The notes under the pieces are model-generated. The model searched no databases and was not told the DNA's origin. It worked only from the letters and a program-made list of their open reading frames with translations. Shown in pieces: positions 11,653 through 24,446 of a DNA stretch of 64,000 nt. Within the stretch, counting starts at the first letter, position 1. Every line of letters begins with the position of its first letter. The position numbers and the translations under genes were made by a program. Source of the stretch: Malacoraja senta (lineage: Eukaryota); contig JAXLNO010000051.1 in the NCBI GenBank assembly GCA_038087875.1, positions 1-64,000 of the forward strand. The letters are read 5' to 3'.

Positions 11653-12500
11653 AGACTTGGCTTATACTCGCTAGAATTTAGGAGATGGAGAGGGGATCTT
11701 ATAGAAACGTACAAAATTCTTATGGGGTTGTACAGGCTAGATGCAGGAAGATTGTTCCCGATGTTGGGGAAGTCCAGGACAAGGGGTCACAGCTTAAGGA
11801 TAAGGGGGAATCCTTTAAGACCGAGATGAGAAAAAACGTTTTCACACAGAGAGTGGTGAATCTCTGGAACTCTCTGCCACAGAGGGTAGTTGAGGCCGGC
11901 GAGAACGGCCAGGATCATCGGGCCTCCGTAGAGGCAATAGCCGGGGCTTCATTTGGCCTGACTGTTTGGGTGAACTGGGGCTGGGGACTGGACATTGTGC
12001 CTTCCCCCACAGTGGAAATCACTGTGGGGGGATGATTTTTGTATGTAATTGTTTGTAATTGTATTTGTTAGTCTGTGTTCAAGATGGCGGTCGGAGGGGA
12101 GAGTGGACGCTGGCGCGGTTTCGTTGCCGCTGCTCTCTCCTCAAATTGTGCTTCTGATTTTCTTTTTTGTGTTTTAGGAAGGAATTCTGTCCCTGATTTG
12201 TGTATTGGTCTTTATAACTTATTTTTTAAATTCTGATTATATGTTTCCTATAAATCTCTGTAAGGTGTCCTTGAGACCTCGGTATAAGGCGCCCATAAAT
12301 AAAATTAATTATTATTATTATTATTATAGTTCATTGGCTATATTTAAGAGGGAGTTAGATGTGGTCCTTGTGGCTAAAGGGATCAGGGGGTATCGAGAGA
12401 AGGCAGGTACGGGATACTGAGTTGGATGATCAGCCATGATCATATTGAATAGCGGTGCAGGCTCGAAGGGCCGAATGCACCTATTTTCTATGTATCTATG
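11653..12500 (+). mobile_element. CR1 host element A, 3' part, interrupted at 11899-12327
   Basis: LGLYSLEFRR...VVEA then SSLAIFKRELD...EKAGTGY stop and CTATGTAT tail. Confidence 0.88.
11899..12327 (+). mobile_element. Short non-LTR/SINE-like insertion with (TAT)n tail
   Basis: Splits host GAGGCC|AGTTCATTGG; its 3' ~155 bp recur at 25770-25925. Confidence 0.65.
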
Positions 12501-12571
12501 TATCCTTGTAATAAATCAATGAATGGTGTCCATGTCTTGGAAAAAGGATCTGTTTTTTCTGCCAAGACAAG

Positions 12572-13097
12572 TCAAAGAGTAGGAGTAAACGGGTCCTTTT
12601 CAGAATGGCAGGCAGTAACTAGTGGGGTACCGCAAGGCTCAGTGCTGGGATCCCAGCTATTTACAATATATATTAACGATTTGGACGAGGGAATTGAATG
12701 CAACATCTCCAAATTTGCGGATGACACGAAGCTGGGGGGCAGTATTAGCTGTGAGGAGGGTGCTAGGAGGCTGCAAGGTGACTTGGATAGGTTGGGTGAG
12801 TGGGCAAATGCATGGCAGATGCAGTATAATGTGGATAAATGTGAGGTTATCCACTTTGGTGGCAAGAACAGGAAAGTAGACTATTATCTGAATGGTGGCC
12901 GATTACGAAAAGGGGAGATGCAACGAGACCTGGGTGTCATGGTACACCTGTCATTGAAAGTAGGCATGCAGGTGCAGCAGGCAGTGAAGAAAGCGAATGG
13001 TATGTTGGCATTCATAGCAAAAGCATTTGAGTATAGGAACAGGGAGGTTCTACTGCAGTTGTACAGGGCCTTGCTGAGACCACACCTGGAGTATTGT
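12572..13097 (+). mobile_element. 5'-truncated CR1 (host element B, part 1)
   Basis: RT motifs [14 protein letters not shown]; ends HLEYC and resumes at 22394. Confidence 0.9.
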
Positions 13098-13694
13098 CAG
13101 GGCTGCCAACTCTCACGCTTTCAGCGTGAGAATCACGCCCTGGAGCAAATTCTCACGCCCTCATGCTCATGACCGAGTTCTCACGCTGAGTTCAGTCCCT
13201 GCGCAGTTTGTCCCTTTGCGCCGCGTGCCAGGGATCAGGGGAAGCACGTCGGTTGTCGGCTGTGAGTGACGTCGCGTCTCTTCTCTCTTGGTTGAATGTG
13301 CAGCCGCCGGGTGTCAGCGCTTCTATGTGCCGGCTGTGAGGGCTGCGCTGCCGGCCGCCGCTGCAGCCTCGTTCCCTCCCTCCCTCCCTCCCTCCCTCCC
13401 TCCCTCCCTCCCTCCTGCCCTTCAACTCACACGGCAGCGCCAGCGCCGCCAATCCACGCTACACCGCGCCCGCCAGACTCTCCATTGGGCGGCCGGGGAG
13501 AGAGAGGGAGGGGGGAAGAGAGAGAGCGAGAGAGAGGGAAGAAAAAAAGGGAGGGATGGAGGCAAAGAGAGACAAGGGGAGGGAATGTAGAAAGGGGATG
13601 AAGGAAGGAAAGGAGAAAGGGGAGAAAGAGGGAGGGGAGGACAGAGGGAAGGATGGGGGCAAGAGGGAGGAAGGGGAGGATGGAGGGAGAAAAG

Positions 13695-13997
13695 GTGTGT
13701 GTGTGTGTGTGTGTGTGCTTGTGTGTCTGTCTCCCTGTGTTTGTCTCCTTGTGTGTGTATGCGTGCCTCCCTGTGTGTGTCTCCTTGTGTGTGTCTCCTT
13801 GTGTGTGTCTCCCTGTGTGTGTGTGCGTGTCTCTGTGTCTCCCTGTGTGTGTCTGTGTGTGTGTGTGTGTGTCTCCCTGTGTGTGTGTCTCCCCGTGTGT
13901 GTGTCTGTCTGTCTCCCTGTGTGTGTCTGTCTGTCTCCCTGTGTGTGTGTGTATGTGTGTGTATTCCTTTGTGTATGTGTCTCCCTGTGTGTCTGTG
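13695..13997. repeat. Compound (GT)n/GTCTCCCT microsatellite
   Basis: Direct inspection. Confidence 0.9.
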
Positions 13998-14961
13998 CAT
14001 CCTGGCCTTAGACAGGGCTGCCAACTCTCACGCTTTGAGCACGAGAGTCACGCATTTCAGCCAATGCTCACGCTGATGACAGAATCCTCACGCTGTCTTC
14101 AGTCCCTGCACAGTTTGTCTCTTTTGCGCCACATCACAGCGATCTGTGCAGTCTACGGAAGCGCGTCAGTTGGCGGCTGTGAGTGACGTCGCATCTCTTC
14201 TCTTCTCTTCTCTCTTGGTTGGATGTGCAACCGCTGACTACATGAAGCAGCCGGAGATAGAACTAACCAGGTGAATTGGTTGTAAAACATGGGGGGGGAC
14301 CACAATGAGTCCAAACATCTAGGACAGGGTTCGGCAACCTACGGCACACGGCCAAATCAGGCCCGTAACCCGAAAAAACGCGGGGTTTTTTCCAATTCGT
14401 TTTCACGGGGTCGGGGCAGGCGAGCCGACCTGAGAACTGCAGCCAGTCCCTGGGACGTGAGCTGATCTGCGAACGTCAGCCAGTCCCTGGGCACGCAGAA
14501 TGCCAACTTGATCATTATGGACAAATTGGGCCAGCCATGTACATGTTGTATAACTCTGACTATGCAGATCTGAATGGCCTTAGAATGACAATTTAAGCAA
14601 AATTGCCCTCACTTTCCCCATTTTGATTCTTGAGATAAATATCCCTTTGCTCTGTTAACAGCGTTAAAGTACATATGAGGTAGAGTCAGGAAAGGGAACA
14701 TGTTATTTTCTTTGTTTGCTTTAATTTGTTAGTTGATTTTTTGTTGACTGCCATAATTTCTGAAATGGTCTTAATGTAACTTAACTGTTATAAAGCAGTA
14801 ATAAGACTTCCGGTGGCGCTATGGAGGCTTGAGTCCAGCGTCAACTAGCTCCGTGCTGAAAAATCCGAAAACGGGAGAAAAATCGGGACCTACCTGAGGC
14901 GATTGCGAATTGAACTGCTGCCTGCTGCGAGTGACGTCATCAGGCGTGCCACTTTACCGGT

Positions 14962-16029
14962 ATGTCGATACAACATACCCCCCCCAGGGTGGCAAAAAAA
15001 GCCGGTAAAGCGAGACAACCGACGGAAGAGGTAGGCCCAACCGAGGCCTCGGCCTCAGGTACAACGATGCTTCAGGAAGACCCATCGAAGAAACCAAAGC
15101 AAAAAAAATCTGAAATGGAAGAACTTAAAAACTTTATCTCCAATGAGATAAAAAATATTCAAACACAGCTGAAAACCTTTGAAGGAAAGCTGAATTTTAA
15201 AGAGGAACTTAAAGAGGAACTTAACTCTTTTAAGGTAGATTTTAAAGCAGAAATGCTCTCTAGCGTTCAGGATATATTGGAAGTCTGGAAGAGGTCGAGG
15301 GACGACGAGGTCAATGATCAGATGGAAGAGGTAGAAGGCAGGATCGCTTTGGTGGAATCGAGCCTTAAGGGAGAGATTGACCCTATCCATCAGACACTGA
15401 AGCAACATATTATAGCGATAACTGAACTTGAGAAATGTGTGGCGACAAGTGCGGAAACTGTAAATCGACTCCTTACCGAAAATCAACGCCTCTCCGAAAT
15501 GCTGACTAAATTAAGTGGAAAGTGTATCGACCTGGAGGGGCGTCAAAGATGCCAGAACTTAAGAATTGTAGGTGTGAAAGAAGGAAGTGAGAGGGATATG
15601 GGCACTCGGGATTTTGTGGCAGATCTACTACAAAAAGCCTTAAAGTTGGATCAAAAACCTGTACTTGGTCGAGCACATAGAGCGCAGGGGCGTCGTACAC
15701 GAGATGATGCCTACCCAAGACAAATTATAGTAAAGGTGCAACTTGATCATGAATTTGACGAGATAATGAAGAAAATTGCCCGTACCAGAGACCTCTCTTT
15801 TGAAGGAGTGAGGATCAGTATCTACAGAGACTACCCGGTGGAGGTCTTCAAGAAAAGAGCGCTGTTTACTCAGACAAAAAGAATACTGAAGAATATAGCG
15901 AATTTGAGATACGGCTTACTTTATCCCGCAACATTAAGAGTCACCTACATGAGCAAGGAGCAATTTTTTACAGACCATGAAAAAGCACTGGAATTCGCCA
16001 AAGGCATCGGGAATGTGACCGCAGACTGA
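14962..16029 (+). CDS. L1-type ORF1 protein, intact 355 aa
   Basis: Coiled coil then DLEGRQRCQNLRIVGVKEG, RAHRA, ISIYRDYP, YGLLYPATLRV. Confidence 0.88.
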   Translation: MSIQHTPPRVAKKAGKARQPTEEVGPTEASASGTTMLQEDPSKKPKQKKSEMEELKNFISNEIKNIQTQLKTFEGKLNFKEELKEELNSFKVDFKAEMLSSVQDILEVWKRSRDDEVNDQMEEVEGRIALVESSLKGEIDPIHQTLKQHIIAITELEKCVATSAETVNRLLTENQRLSEMLTKLSGKCIDLEGRQRCQNLRIVGVKEGSERDMGTRDFVADLLQKALKLDQKPVLGRAHRAQGRRTRDDAYPRQIIVKVQLDHEFDEIMKKIARTRDLSFEGVRISIYRDYPVEVFKKRALFTQTKRILKNIANLRYGLLYPATLRVTYMSKEQFFTDHEKALEFAKGIGNVTAD

Positions 16030-17042
16030 ACAATATACATCACTCCTCAGGAGTCAAGGAATAACGGGACCTCGCCAGGTCTAAAAGGATCTTTAAAGTA
16101 CTTTTAAGAGCTTTAAAGACGTTTGAAAATTGAAATGGACATTGGAGAAAACCTGGGTTTTTTTGATTCTCGGGGTTTTTGTTTTTTTTAATTTCTCCTA
16201 ATATCTCTAATTTTTTTTATTCATTCTTCGCGTTTAGTATAAATTCTAAGAACAATAATATCACAGTTACGATCAATTGTTACTAATCACTATTATTATT
16301 TAGTATTTTCATATTTAACCATACATGTAACTACTAATACTTATTAAATATCAATATTACTATTAAAATTACTAAATCTATATTATTCATAAATATTTTT
16401 ACCATGTATGATTAATAACAATGATTAATAACTAACAGTTTCTGGTTAAAATAGAAATAGATTACATACATATATTCCATAGGAATATAAGTAAGAGGTA
16501 ATTTAGCCCATGTATTAATAAGGGTTGATGGTTTTCCTCTTTATTTTTCAATTAAAAATTAAAAATACATACTTAAAGAAGATATTAATATGGTATTTAG
16601 AGAATAATAACGTTGTTAACTTTTACTGTTGTTTACCTTTTTTGGGTTTTTGAAAAATTTTGCAACTCCCAAAGAAGTTATTTGATTGTTAGAAATATCA
16701 TCTTTTTTTTTTTTTTTAGCGCGGAGCTAGGATTTTTTTCTTTTACAAAGGCTACGGAAGTCTTTAGAATTCTAGCCATGCTAGTGTGGCTAACATTAAC
16801 TACACTAATTGTAGTTGTAGTTTTTTTTCTTTCACCTATATCAACTAATCAACTATATCACTTTTTTCACTTTAATTATTGTTATAATGTTAAGTTTGAA
16901 TGGAACTACAAGGTTAATTCAAGGAGAAGTGTTCGGAGGAGCGAAGTATGTTATTTAAAATTCATCTATCTGAGGTTTGGGGACAAGGTCAGGTTTTATG
17001 TGTTGTACCTTCTGCTCGGCTATAGACCACCCTAGAAACAAT

Positions 17043-20000
17043 ATGCAAGATGGTAATATGACAAGAGGGGGTGAAGGAATAACGTTTTGTCGTTGGAATG
17101 TTAAGGGAATTAATGAACCAATTAAGAGAGGTAAAGTTTTAACATTTAAATTCACTCAAGACAGATATAATATTCCTCCAAGAAACACACCTTAAAAAGG
17201 AATCACAATATAGACTTAAAGCTAAGTGGATTGCTGAATCGTATCATGCCTCTTTTTCACACAAGTCCAGAGGAGTTGGAATATTAATTCGTAAAGGAAT
17301 ACCTTTTACACATTCATCAACAATAGCGGATATAGATGGTAGATATATTATATTAGTTGGAGAGTTAAATGGGATAAAAGTGATTCTTCTTAATGTATAT
17401 GGACCTAATTTTGATAATCCTATGTTTTTTAATAAAACATTTAATATAATTCCAGAAATTACACAATATAAATTAATAATTGGAGGAGATTTCAATTGTA
17501 CATTAGACTCTTATTTAGATAGATCATCAAGGCAAAAAAAAGTAAAATCTCAATCAAGTGTATTTTTAAATTCATTTATTAATACCACTAATATTAAGGA
17601 TGTCTGGAGAATAGAAAACCCAACTGGACGGGAATATTCATTTTACTCACCGGTACATAAAACATACTCAAGAATAGATTATTTTTTAGTTGACTCCACG
17701 TTTATCCCATTTACTTATAACTCAAAATACCATAATATTATAATCTCAGACCACGCACCTGTAACATTTATGATTAAATTAAATGGAATGTCCGAGAAAC
17801 AAACATATTGGAGATTTAACCCACAAATATTGAATGAAAGATCATGTCAGGAATATCTTATTAAACAGACGCAAACATTTTTCGCGGCAAATGACAACCC
17901 TGACACATCTGTCTCTCTTATTTGGGAAACATTTAAAGCGTTTGTCCAAGTATTTTATAACAAAGAGAACCGGATTAAACAACAACACTGGAAAGAGAAA
18001 TAAAGCAACTAGATATAGAAAATGTGAGAATGCCATCTATGTTAAAACATAACAAAATTGCTGTACTGAAATATAAACTAAACAAAATGTATTCAGAACA
18101 AGTAATAAAACTTTATCAACATACTAAACAATTACATTTTGAGTTTGGAGACAAACCACAAAAACTATTAGCACATCTGCTACGAAAAATGGAGGGGGGA
18201 AAAATAATTCATTAAATTAGAGCAGATACAGGAGAATTATTAAAATTGCCCAAGGATATAAACGAGAGATTTCTCCAATACTATCATAATCTTTACTCAA
18301 CTAAAACTGTAGTACAACCAGAAGGAATAGCAGATTTTTTACAAAAATGTAATTTAAAAGGTTTAGATTCAAAAGATAGAGAATTATTAGAAGCGGAGAT
18401 TACGATAAAAGATATTGAAGAGTCTATTGGATCTTTAAAAAATGGTAAAGCAGTAGGACCAGATGGTTTAGGCTCTGAATTCTATTTTAAAAATTATGAT
18501 TTGCTTTCTCCACGTTTACAAATGCTGTATGAACATATTTATACTCAACAGAAACTTCCAGATACCTTAAATGAATCTATAATAACACTTATTCCTAAAG
18601 CTGATAAGGATCCGGAAGATCCAGGATCATATAGTGCAATTGCACTTTTAAATACAGATCAGAAAATACTAACAAAAATTTTAGCGCACAGATTAAGTAC
18701 AGTGATAAATAAACTAATACACCCTGACCAAATAGGTTTTATTCAGAAGCGGTATTCATATTACAATCTAAGACGATTATTTAATATAATATATTCAAAG
18801 GGAAATATTAATGAAGATCTAGCAATAATCTCACTCGATGCTGAAAAAGCTTTTGATCAGGTGGAATGGCCCTATTTATTTTCAGTGATGGAAAAATTGC
18901 AGCTGGGCGAGAAATTTTGTGCATGGATAAAACTGTTATATACCAACCCTACGGCTAGAATATTAACAAACCAAAGGCTATCATCTAAATTTAACCTGTC
19001 TAGAGGTTGTAGACAAGGATGCCCGTTGTCTCCATTATTATTTGCGCTTGTTATAGAGCCACTCGCAGAAAGAGTTAGGACCCATCCGGAAATATATGGG
19101 TATAACACAAAGGATACAGTGAATAAAATTTATTTATACGCAGATGATGTATTAATTTACATTACAAAACCAGAAATTAGTATTCCAAATTTATTAAAGC
19201 TAATAACCCAATTTGGTTCACTCTCAGGATACAGAATAAATTGGAATAAAAGTGAAATTATGCCAATAAGGGAACATAATAAACATATAATACAACAAAT
19301 TCCATTTAAAATAGTAAATGAAAAATTTAAATACCTAGGCATTTATGTTACTAAGACATATACATCATTATTTAAATCAAACTTTCCCCCATTACTGAAT
19401 AACCTACATAAGAATATTCAGTATTGGAAAACACTTCCTATCTCAATGGTTGGCAAAATTAATGCCTTAAAAATGATTTTCTTACCGCAAATATTATACC
19501 TTTTTCAAACAATTCCGATATACTTGTCAAAAAACTTTTTTTATAAAGTTAGATTCCATTGTCAGTGACTTTATCTGGGATTATAAGAATCATAGGATAA
19601 GCAAAAAACATCTGTTAACATTAAAAATATGAATTTTTGGTTGGAAGACATAGATCAACAATCAGATTGGTTAAAAATGGAAAAGGAAGATTGCTCACCT
19701 TTTGAAATCGGCTCGATACTATTTGCTACTTCTAAATTAAATTAAAAAAATTATAGGGAAAATCCTATAATATATAGTACTATGCGAATTTGGAAACAAT
19801 TAAAAAAGACATTAAAACTAGATAATTTATCACTTTTTCTTACAATTACGAATAACCCTTTGTTTAAGCCCTCATGGTTGGACAAAGGTTTCACACAATG
19901 GAAAAAATATGGAATTAAAAAGATGGGGCAACTTTATAAGGAAGGCACTTTTCTTTCATTTCAGGAGTTGCAACAGACTTATGGACTTCAAGTAAATGAT

Positions 20001-20775
20001 TTTTTTCAGATATCTTCAACTTAGAGATTACGTAAAAGCAAATACTCAAAATTTTAGAATTAGAAATTCAGAAATTTTTGACGACTGTTGGAATAAACAT
20101 CCTAATACAGAAAAACTAATATCTTATATATATAATATTTTATTAGACAGTGATATTCCATTGACGGACTTACACAGACAAACTTGGGAAAAAGAACTAA
20201 ATTAAATAATAACGAAAGATACTTGGGAAGAAGGTTTACAACACATACATCAATGTTCATTAAATGCCAGACATTCTCTAATACAATTCAAAGTAATACA
20301 TAGGTTACATCATTCTAAAACAAAATTAAATAAAATCTTCCCACATATCTCACCAATATGTGATAAATGTCAACATTTAGAAGCTAACTTATCTCATATG
20401 TTTGCAAATTGCATAAAAATTAAAAATTTCTGGGTAAATATTTTCACAATAATATCTAAAGTGACTAGCATTCAATTGGACCTGGATCCAAAATTAATAA
20501 TACTTGGAACATTAGAACTAAATCAAACATTTACATCAACTCAAAGAAACTTTATTGATTATAGTATAATAATTGGGAAAAAATTAATTCTAAAATTTTG
20601 GAAAGGCCCTATAACCCCCACAATTAAAATGTGGATTATAGAAATGACGGAGACCTTACACTTGGAAAGAATTAGACTTGTCCTGTTGGACAAACAGGAA
20701 CTATTCGTCGGAACATGGTCTCCCTTTATTGACTATTTAAAGGGTCAGAATGGTTCAGCACGAGAACCTGACTAA
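17043..20775 (+). pseudogene. L1-type ORF2 (APE-RT-CCHC), disrupted
   Basis: WNVKGIN, GGDFN, SDHAP, RQGCPLSP, LYADD, CDKC..HMF..C in broken frames. Confidence 0.9.
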
Positions 20776-21581
20776 CACCCGTGCCAAGGAATAGATGAAA
20801 TGTTATACTCTGAAATGTACGAATATATCTCGAATGAAGTTTTTTATCGTAGTAAATTATTCCATTCTTCTTTATTATCTCTTTCCTTTTTGTTGTTGTT
20901 TTTTGTTGTTTTTTTTGTTTCTTCTCTTTTTTTCTCTTTCTTTCCTTATTTCATCTATCTTTTTAGTTCTATTTAGTTAAAAAAAAAAAAAAAAGTATTG
21001 GAGACATTGTAATAATAATGGACGATATTAGTAATTTAAAAATGTAAGACTGGTATCGATTTTAATATGATATGTATCTACCTCCAATAATAAATAATTT
21101 CAAAAAAAAATTAAAAAAAAATAAAAAAAATAAAGCAGTAATAAGTGATTTTTGTCCAAACAATTGGAACTTGAATTAAATGTTTGCATTATTAGCAGGG
21201 CTGGCACCTCTCACGCATTGAGCGTGAGACTCACGCATTTCACAAAACTCTCATGCCCTCACGCTGATCACAAAATTATATAATGGCAATAGGACCTGTT
21301 TTGCTTAACAAATAGTGTAGAAAGGAATTGCAGATGCTGGTTTAAACTGAAGATAGACACAAAAAACTAGAAAAACTCAGCAGGACAGGCAGCATCTCTG
21401 GAGAGAAAGAATGCGTGATGTTTCGAGTCGAGATCTTCAGCCTGAAGAGATTGAAAACCAGCCATAAAACACAATGACTGGACATGTGTGTTATCCAACT
21501 AAGGGCAGAAATTAGAATCATATGTTCATCTTTATTCATGTGACACCATAATAAATATATTACAGAAAAAATAATTTAATG

Positions 21582-21790
21582 GGTGGCACGATGGCGCAGT
21601 GGTAGAGTTGCTGCCTTACTACCACATGGGTTTTCTCTGGAGATTCCGGTTTCTCAAATTTCCAAAAGAAGTGCAGTTTTGAAGGTTAATTGGCTTCTGT
21701 AAATTGTCCCTGGCGTGATGGATGGAATTGGTGTATGATAGATTGCTGGTTGGTGTGGACGGAAGTGCCTGTTTCCGTATATTTCTTTAC
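21582..21790 (+). mobile_element. Internally deleted tRNA-derived SINE
   Basis: TGGCGCAGTGGTAGAG A-box-like head; similar to the SINE at 29657. Confidence 0.6.
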
Positions 21791-21882
21791 ATATATATCT
21801 TAATTTCATTGAACCATATATGATTGAAAATGTGGCATAATTTTCGTCTTGTTTCTATATTCAAAGGGTAAAGTTGAAACCG

Positions 21883-22010
21883 TCTGAAGAAGGGTTTCGG
21901 CCCGAAATGTTGCCTATTTCCTTCGCTCCATAGATGCTGCCGCACGCGCTGAGTTTCTCCAGCAATTTTGTTTACTTTCGATTCTCCAGCATCTGCAGTT
22001 CCTTCATGAA
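21883..22010 (+). mobile_element. Penelope-type terminal repeat fragment
   Basis: Matches the segment adjoining the Penelope ORF end at 47755-47846; related copies near 21330-21445, 27450-27570, 34265-34350, 35380-35475, 51125-51210. Confidence 0.65.
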
Positions 22011-22393
22011 CAAGGTTGATTGATTTATTTGTGCAGGACAGTGATGGAAGTCCGACTTTTGCTTTGTTTCTCTGAGCTTTTCTCTCTATATATACATAAC
22101 AGCCTGAATATAATCTGATTTCCATATATGAATACAGTCATTCATGTGCTGCACCTGTGGATCAGAGCCTGGCTCTAATGTTGAATGTAATTAGGAATGT
22201 AATTTAGCCTAGCCTTATTCATACCTAATCCAATTTAAAGCATAAATGTTGCATTCAAATGCAAGTTAAAAGACTCGCTACAGTATGCACCAGATTGCAC
22301 AATTTCAAGCTGAAAAATGCAAAAGCTCCCCCCCGGTCGCTACGCTCCCTCGCAATTTCTCACTCTCACTTTCACCCAATGTTGGCAGCCCTG

Positions 22394-22940
22394 GTATTGT
22401 GTACAGTTTTGGTCTCCTAATCTGAGGAAAGACATTCTTGCCATAGAGGGAGTACAGAGAAGGTTCACCACACTGATTCCTGGGACGGCAGGACTTTCAT
22501 ATGAAGAAAGACTGGATAGACTCGGCTTGTACTCGCTAGAATTTAGAAGATTGCGGGGGGATCTTATAGAAACTTACAAAATTCTTAAGTGGTTGGACAG
22601 GCTAGATGCAGGAAGATTATTCCCATTTTTGTGGAAGTCCAGAACAAGGGGTCACAGTTTAAGGATAAGGGGGAAAGGGCGAGATGAGGAAAACATTTTT
22701 CACAGAGTGGTGAATCTGTGGAATTCTCTGCCACAGAAGGTAGTTGAGGCCAGTTCATTGGCTATATTTAAGAGGGAGTTAGATGTGGCCCTTGTGGCTA
22801 AAGCGATCAGGGGGTATGGAGAGAAAGCAGGTACGTGATACTGATTTCCATGATCAGCCATGATCATATTTAATGGCAGTGCAGGCTCGAAGGGCCGAAT
22901 GGCCTACTCCTGCACCTATTTTCTGTTTCTGTTTCTATGT
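22394..22940 (+). mobile_element. CR1 host element B, 3' part
   Basis: YCVQFWSPNLRKDIL...EKAGT and tail. Confidence 0.9.
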
Positions 22941-22944
22941 TGAC

Positions 22945-23780
22945 GCACGGAGTCACTCAATCCATCTGGAGGACATCGCAGCTTCCGGTATATGTTGTTA
23001 ATACATGAAACGCGTACTTTCCTACCTGTTAAAAAACGCCAAAATGGTGAATTTTTGCGCTGTAATTATTTGTGGATGTCGGTGTAACCGTGAGAGACAT
23101 CTATCCTACTTCAGAATTCCAAAAGTGAAGCGAAATGAAGGTAAAGAGAAGCAAGAGCTGAAGGGACAACAGCTAAAGTACTTGGCGAACATTGGCCGTG
23201 CAGATATCGAGATTGAAAGTATTGGGAATTATCGCTTTTGCTCACTGCATTTCATCAATAGTAAGGCATTATTTGTGTTTTTTCTTGATTCCTTTGGTAT
23301 CTAAAAAGTCTCAGAAATGATAAATCTGGCTGTAAATTTTGCTTCAGAGGCATTTTCTTTTTGTATGTAAAAACCCACTTGAGAACCACGGGCGATTTTA
23401 ATCTTTTACAGCCAGATTTATCCCTTCTGAAACTTTTTAGATGCCAAATGAATCAAGAAAAAACACAAATAATGCCTTAGTTGATGAAATGCAGTGAGCA
23501 AGGCCAATGTTCGCCAAGCATTCTGGCTGTTGTTGTCCCTTCAGCTCTCGCTTTTATCTACCGTCATTTCTCCTCTTTTGGAATTCTGAAGTAGGATAAA
23601 TGTCTCTCACACTTATCCCGATTTCCATAATTATTTACAGCGCAAAAATTGACAATTTCGGCGGGTTTTAATGGGCCCGCTACGCTGGAAACAATGGTCA
23701 GTGCTTACCTGCAGTTCATCGCGTGTACTCCATTTGGCGTAGTGTAGCAACAGTACGACTGCCGTGAAACCTCCCTATAG
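22945..23780. mobile_element. Fold-back DNA transposon derivative with THAP-domain-coding inverted arms
   Basis: MVNFCAVIICGC..SYFRIPK..RFCSLHF (C2CH THAP) at 23044-23265; reverse-complement copy at ~23404-23672. Confidence 0.75.
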
Positions 23781-24290
23781 TGTACAGTTTTGGTCTCCTA
23801 ATTTGAGGAAGTACATCCTTGTGATTGAGGCAGTGCAGCGTAGGTTCACGAGATTGATCCCTGGGATGGCGGGACTGTCATATGAGGAAAGATTGAAAAG
23901 ACTAGGCTTGTATTCACTGGAGTTTAGAAGGATGAGGGGGGGTCTTATAGAAACATATAAAATTATAAAAGGACTGGACAAGCTAGATGCAGGAAAAATG
24001 TTCCCAATTTTGGGCGAGTCCAGAACCAGGGGCCACAGTCTTAGAATAAAGGGGAGGTCATTTAAGACTGAGGTGAGAAAAAAACTTTTCACCCAGAGTT
24101 GTGAATTTGTGGAATTCCCTGCCACAGAGGGCAGTGGAGGCCAAATCACAGATGGATTTAAGAGTTAGATAGATCTCTAGGGGCCAGTGGAGTCAAGGGA
24201 TATGGGGAGAAGGCAGGCACGGGTTATTGATTGGGGATGATCAGACATGAGCATAATGAATGGCCTCCTCCTGCACCTAGTGTCTATGTT
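23781..24290 (+). mobile_element. CR1 3' fragment
   Basis: VQFWSPNLRK...; same subfamily as 38070-38545. Confidence 0.88.
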
Positions 24291-24375
24291 TTAGAGGGAC
24301 ATCCCGCTCCCGACCGCCCTGATTTGACAAGGACACAGTGACCACTGACCTGTGACCTCTCACCCCCCCACACAG

Positions 24376-24446
24376 GCCACGTTCCACTACAAGACCCTGC
24401 GCTATATAGAGGGGGGGGGGTGGCCGAGTTCACCTGTGACATGCGG
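24376..24446 (+). pseudogene. aip: Internally deleted copy of AIP exon 2
   Basis: Acceptor flank plus ATFHYKTLR and VAEFTCDMR|GT match 39050-39297, with ~110 bp of exon missing. Confidence 0.8.

Larger units (their letters stand above)
14806..21130 (+). mobile_element. Near full-length L1-clade LINE (copy 2, related subfamily)
   Basis: Perfect TSD TAAAGCAGTAATAAG at 14791-14805 and 21131-21145; A-rich tail; same 5' end as copy 1. Confidence 0.93.
13098..22393. mobile_element. Non-autonomous DNA transposon (~3 kb plus a nested L1), 13-bp TIRs, 7-bp TSD
   Basis: CAGGGCTGCCAAC at 13098 / GTTGGCAGCCCTG at 22381-22393; GTATTGT on both sides; host CR1 colinear across it. Confidence 0.85.

Noticed and set aside
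13422..14186. Cys/Val- and His/Thr-rich ORFs
   Set aside because: Translations of (GT)n microsatellite
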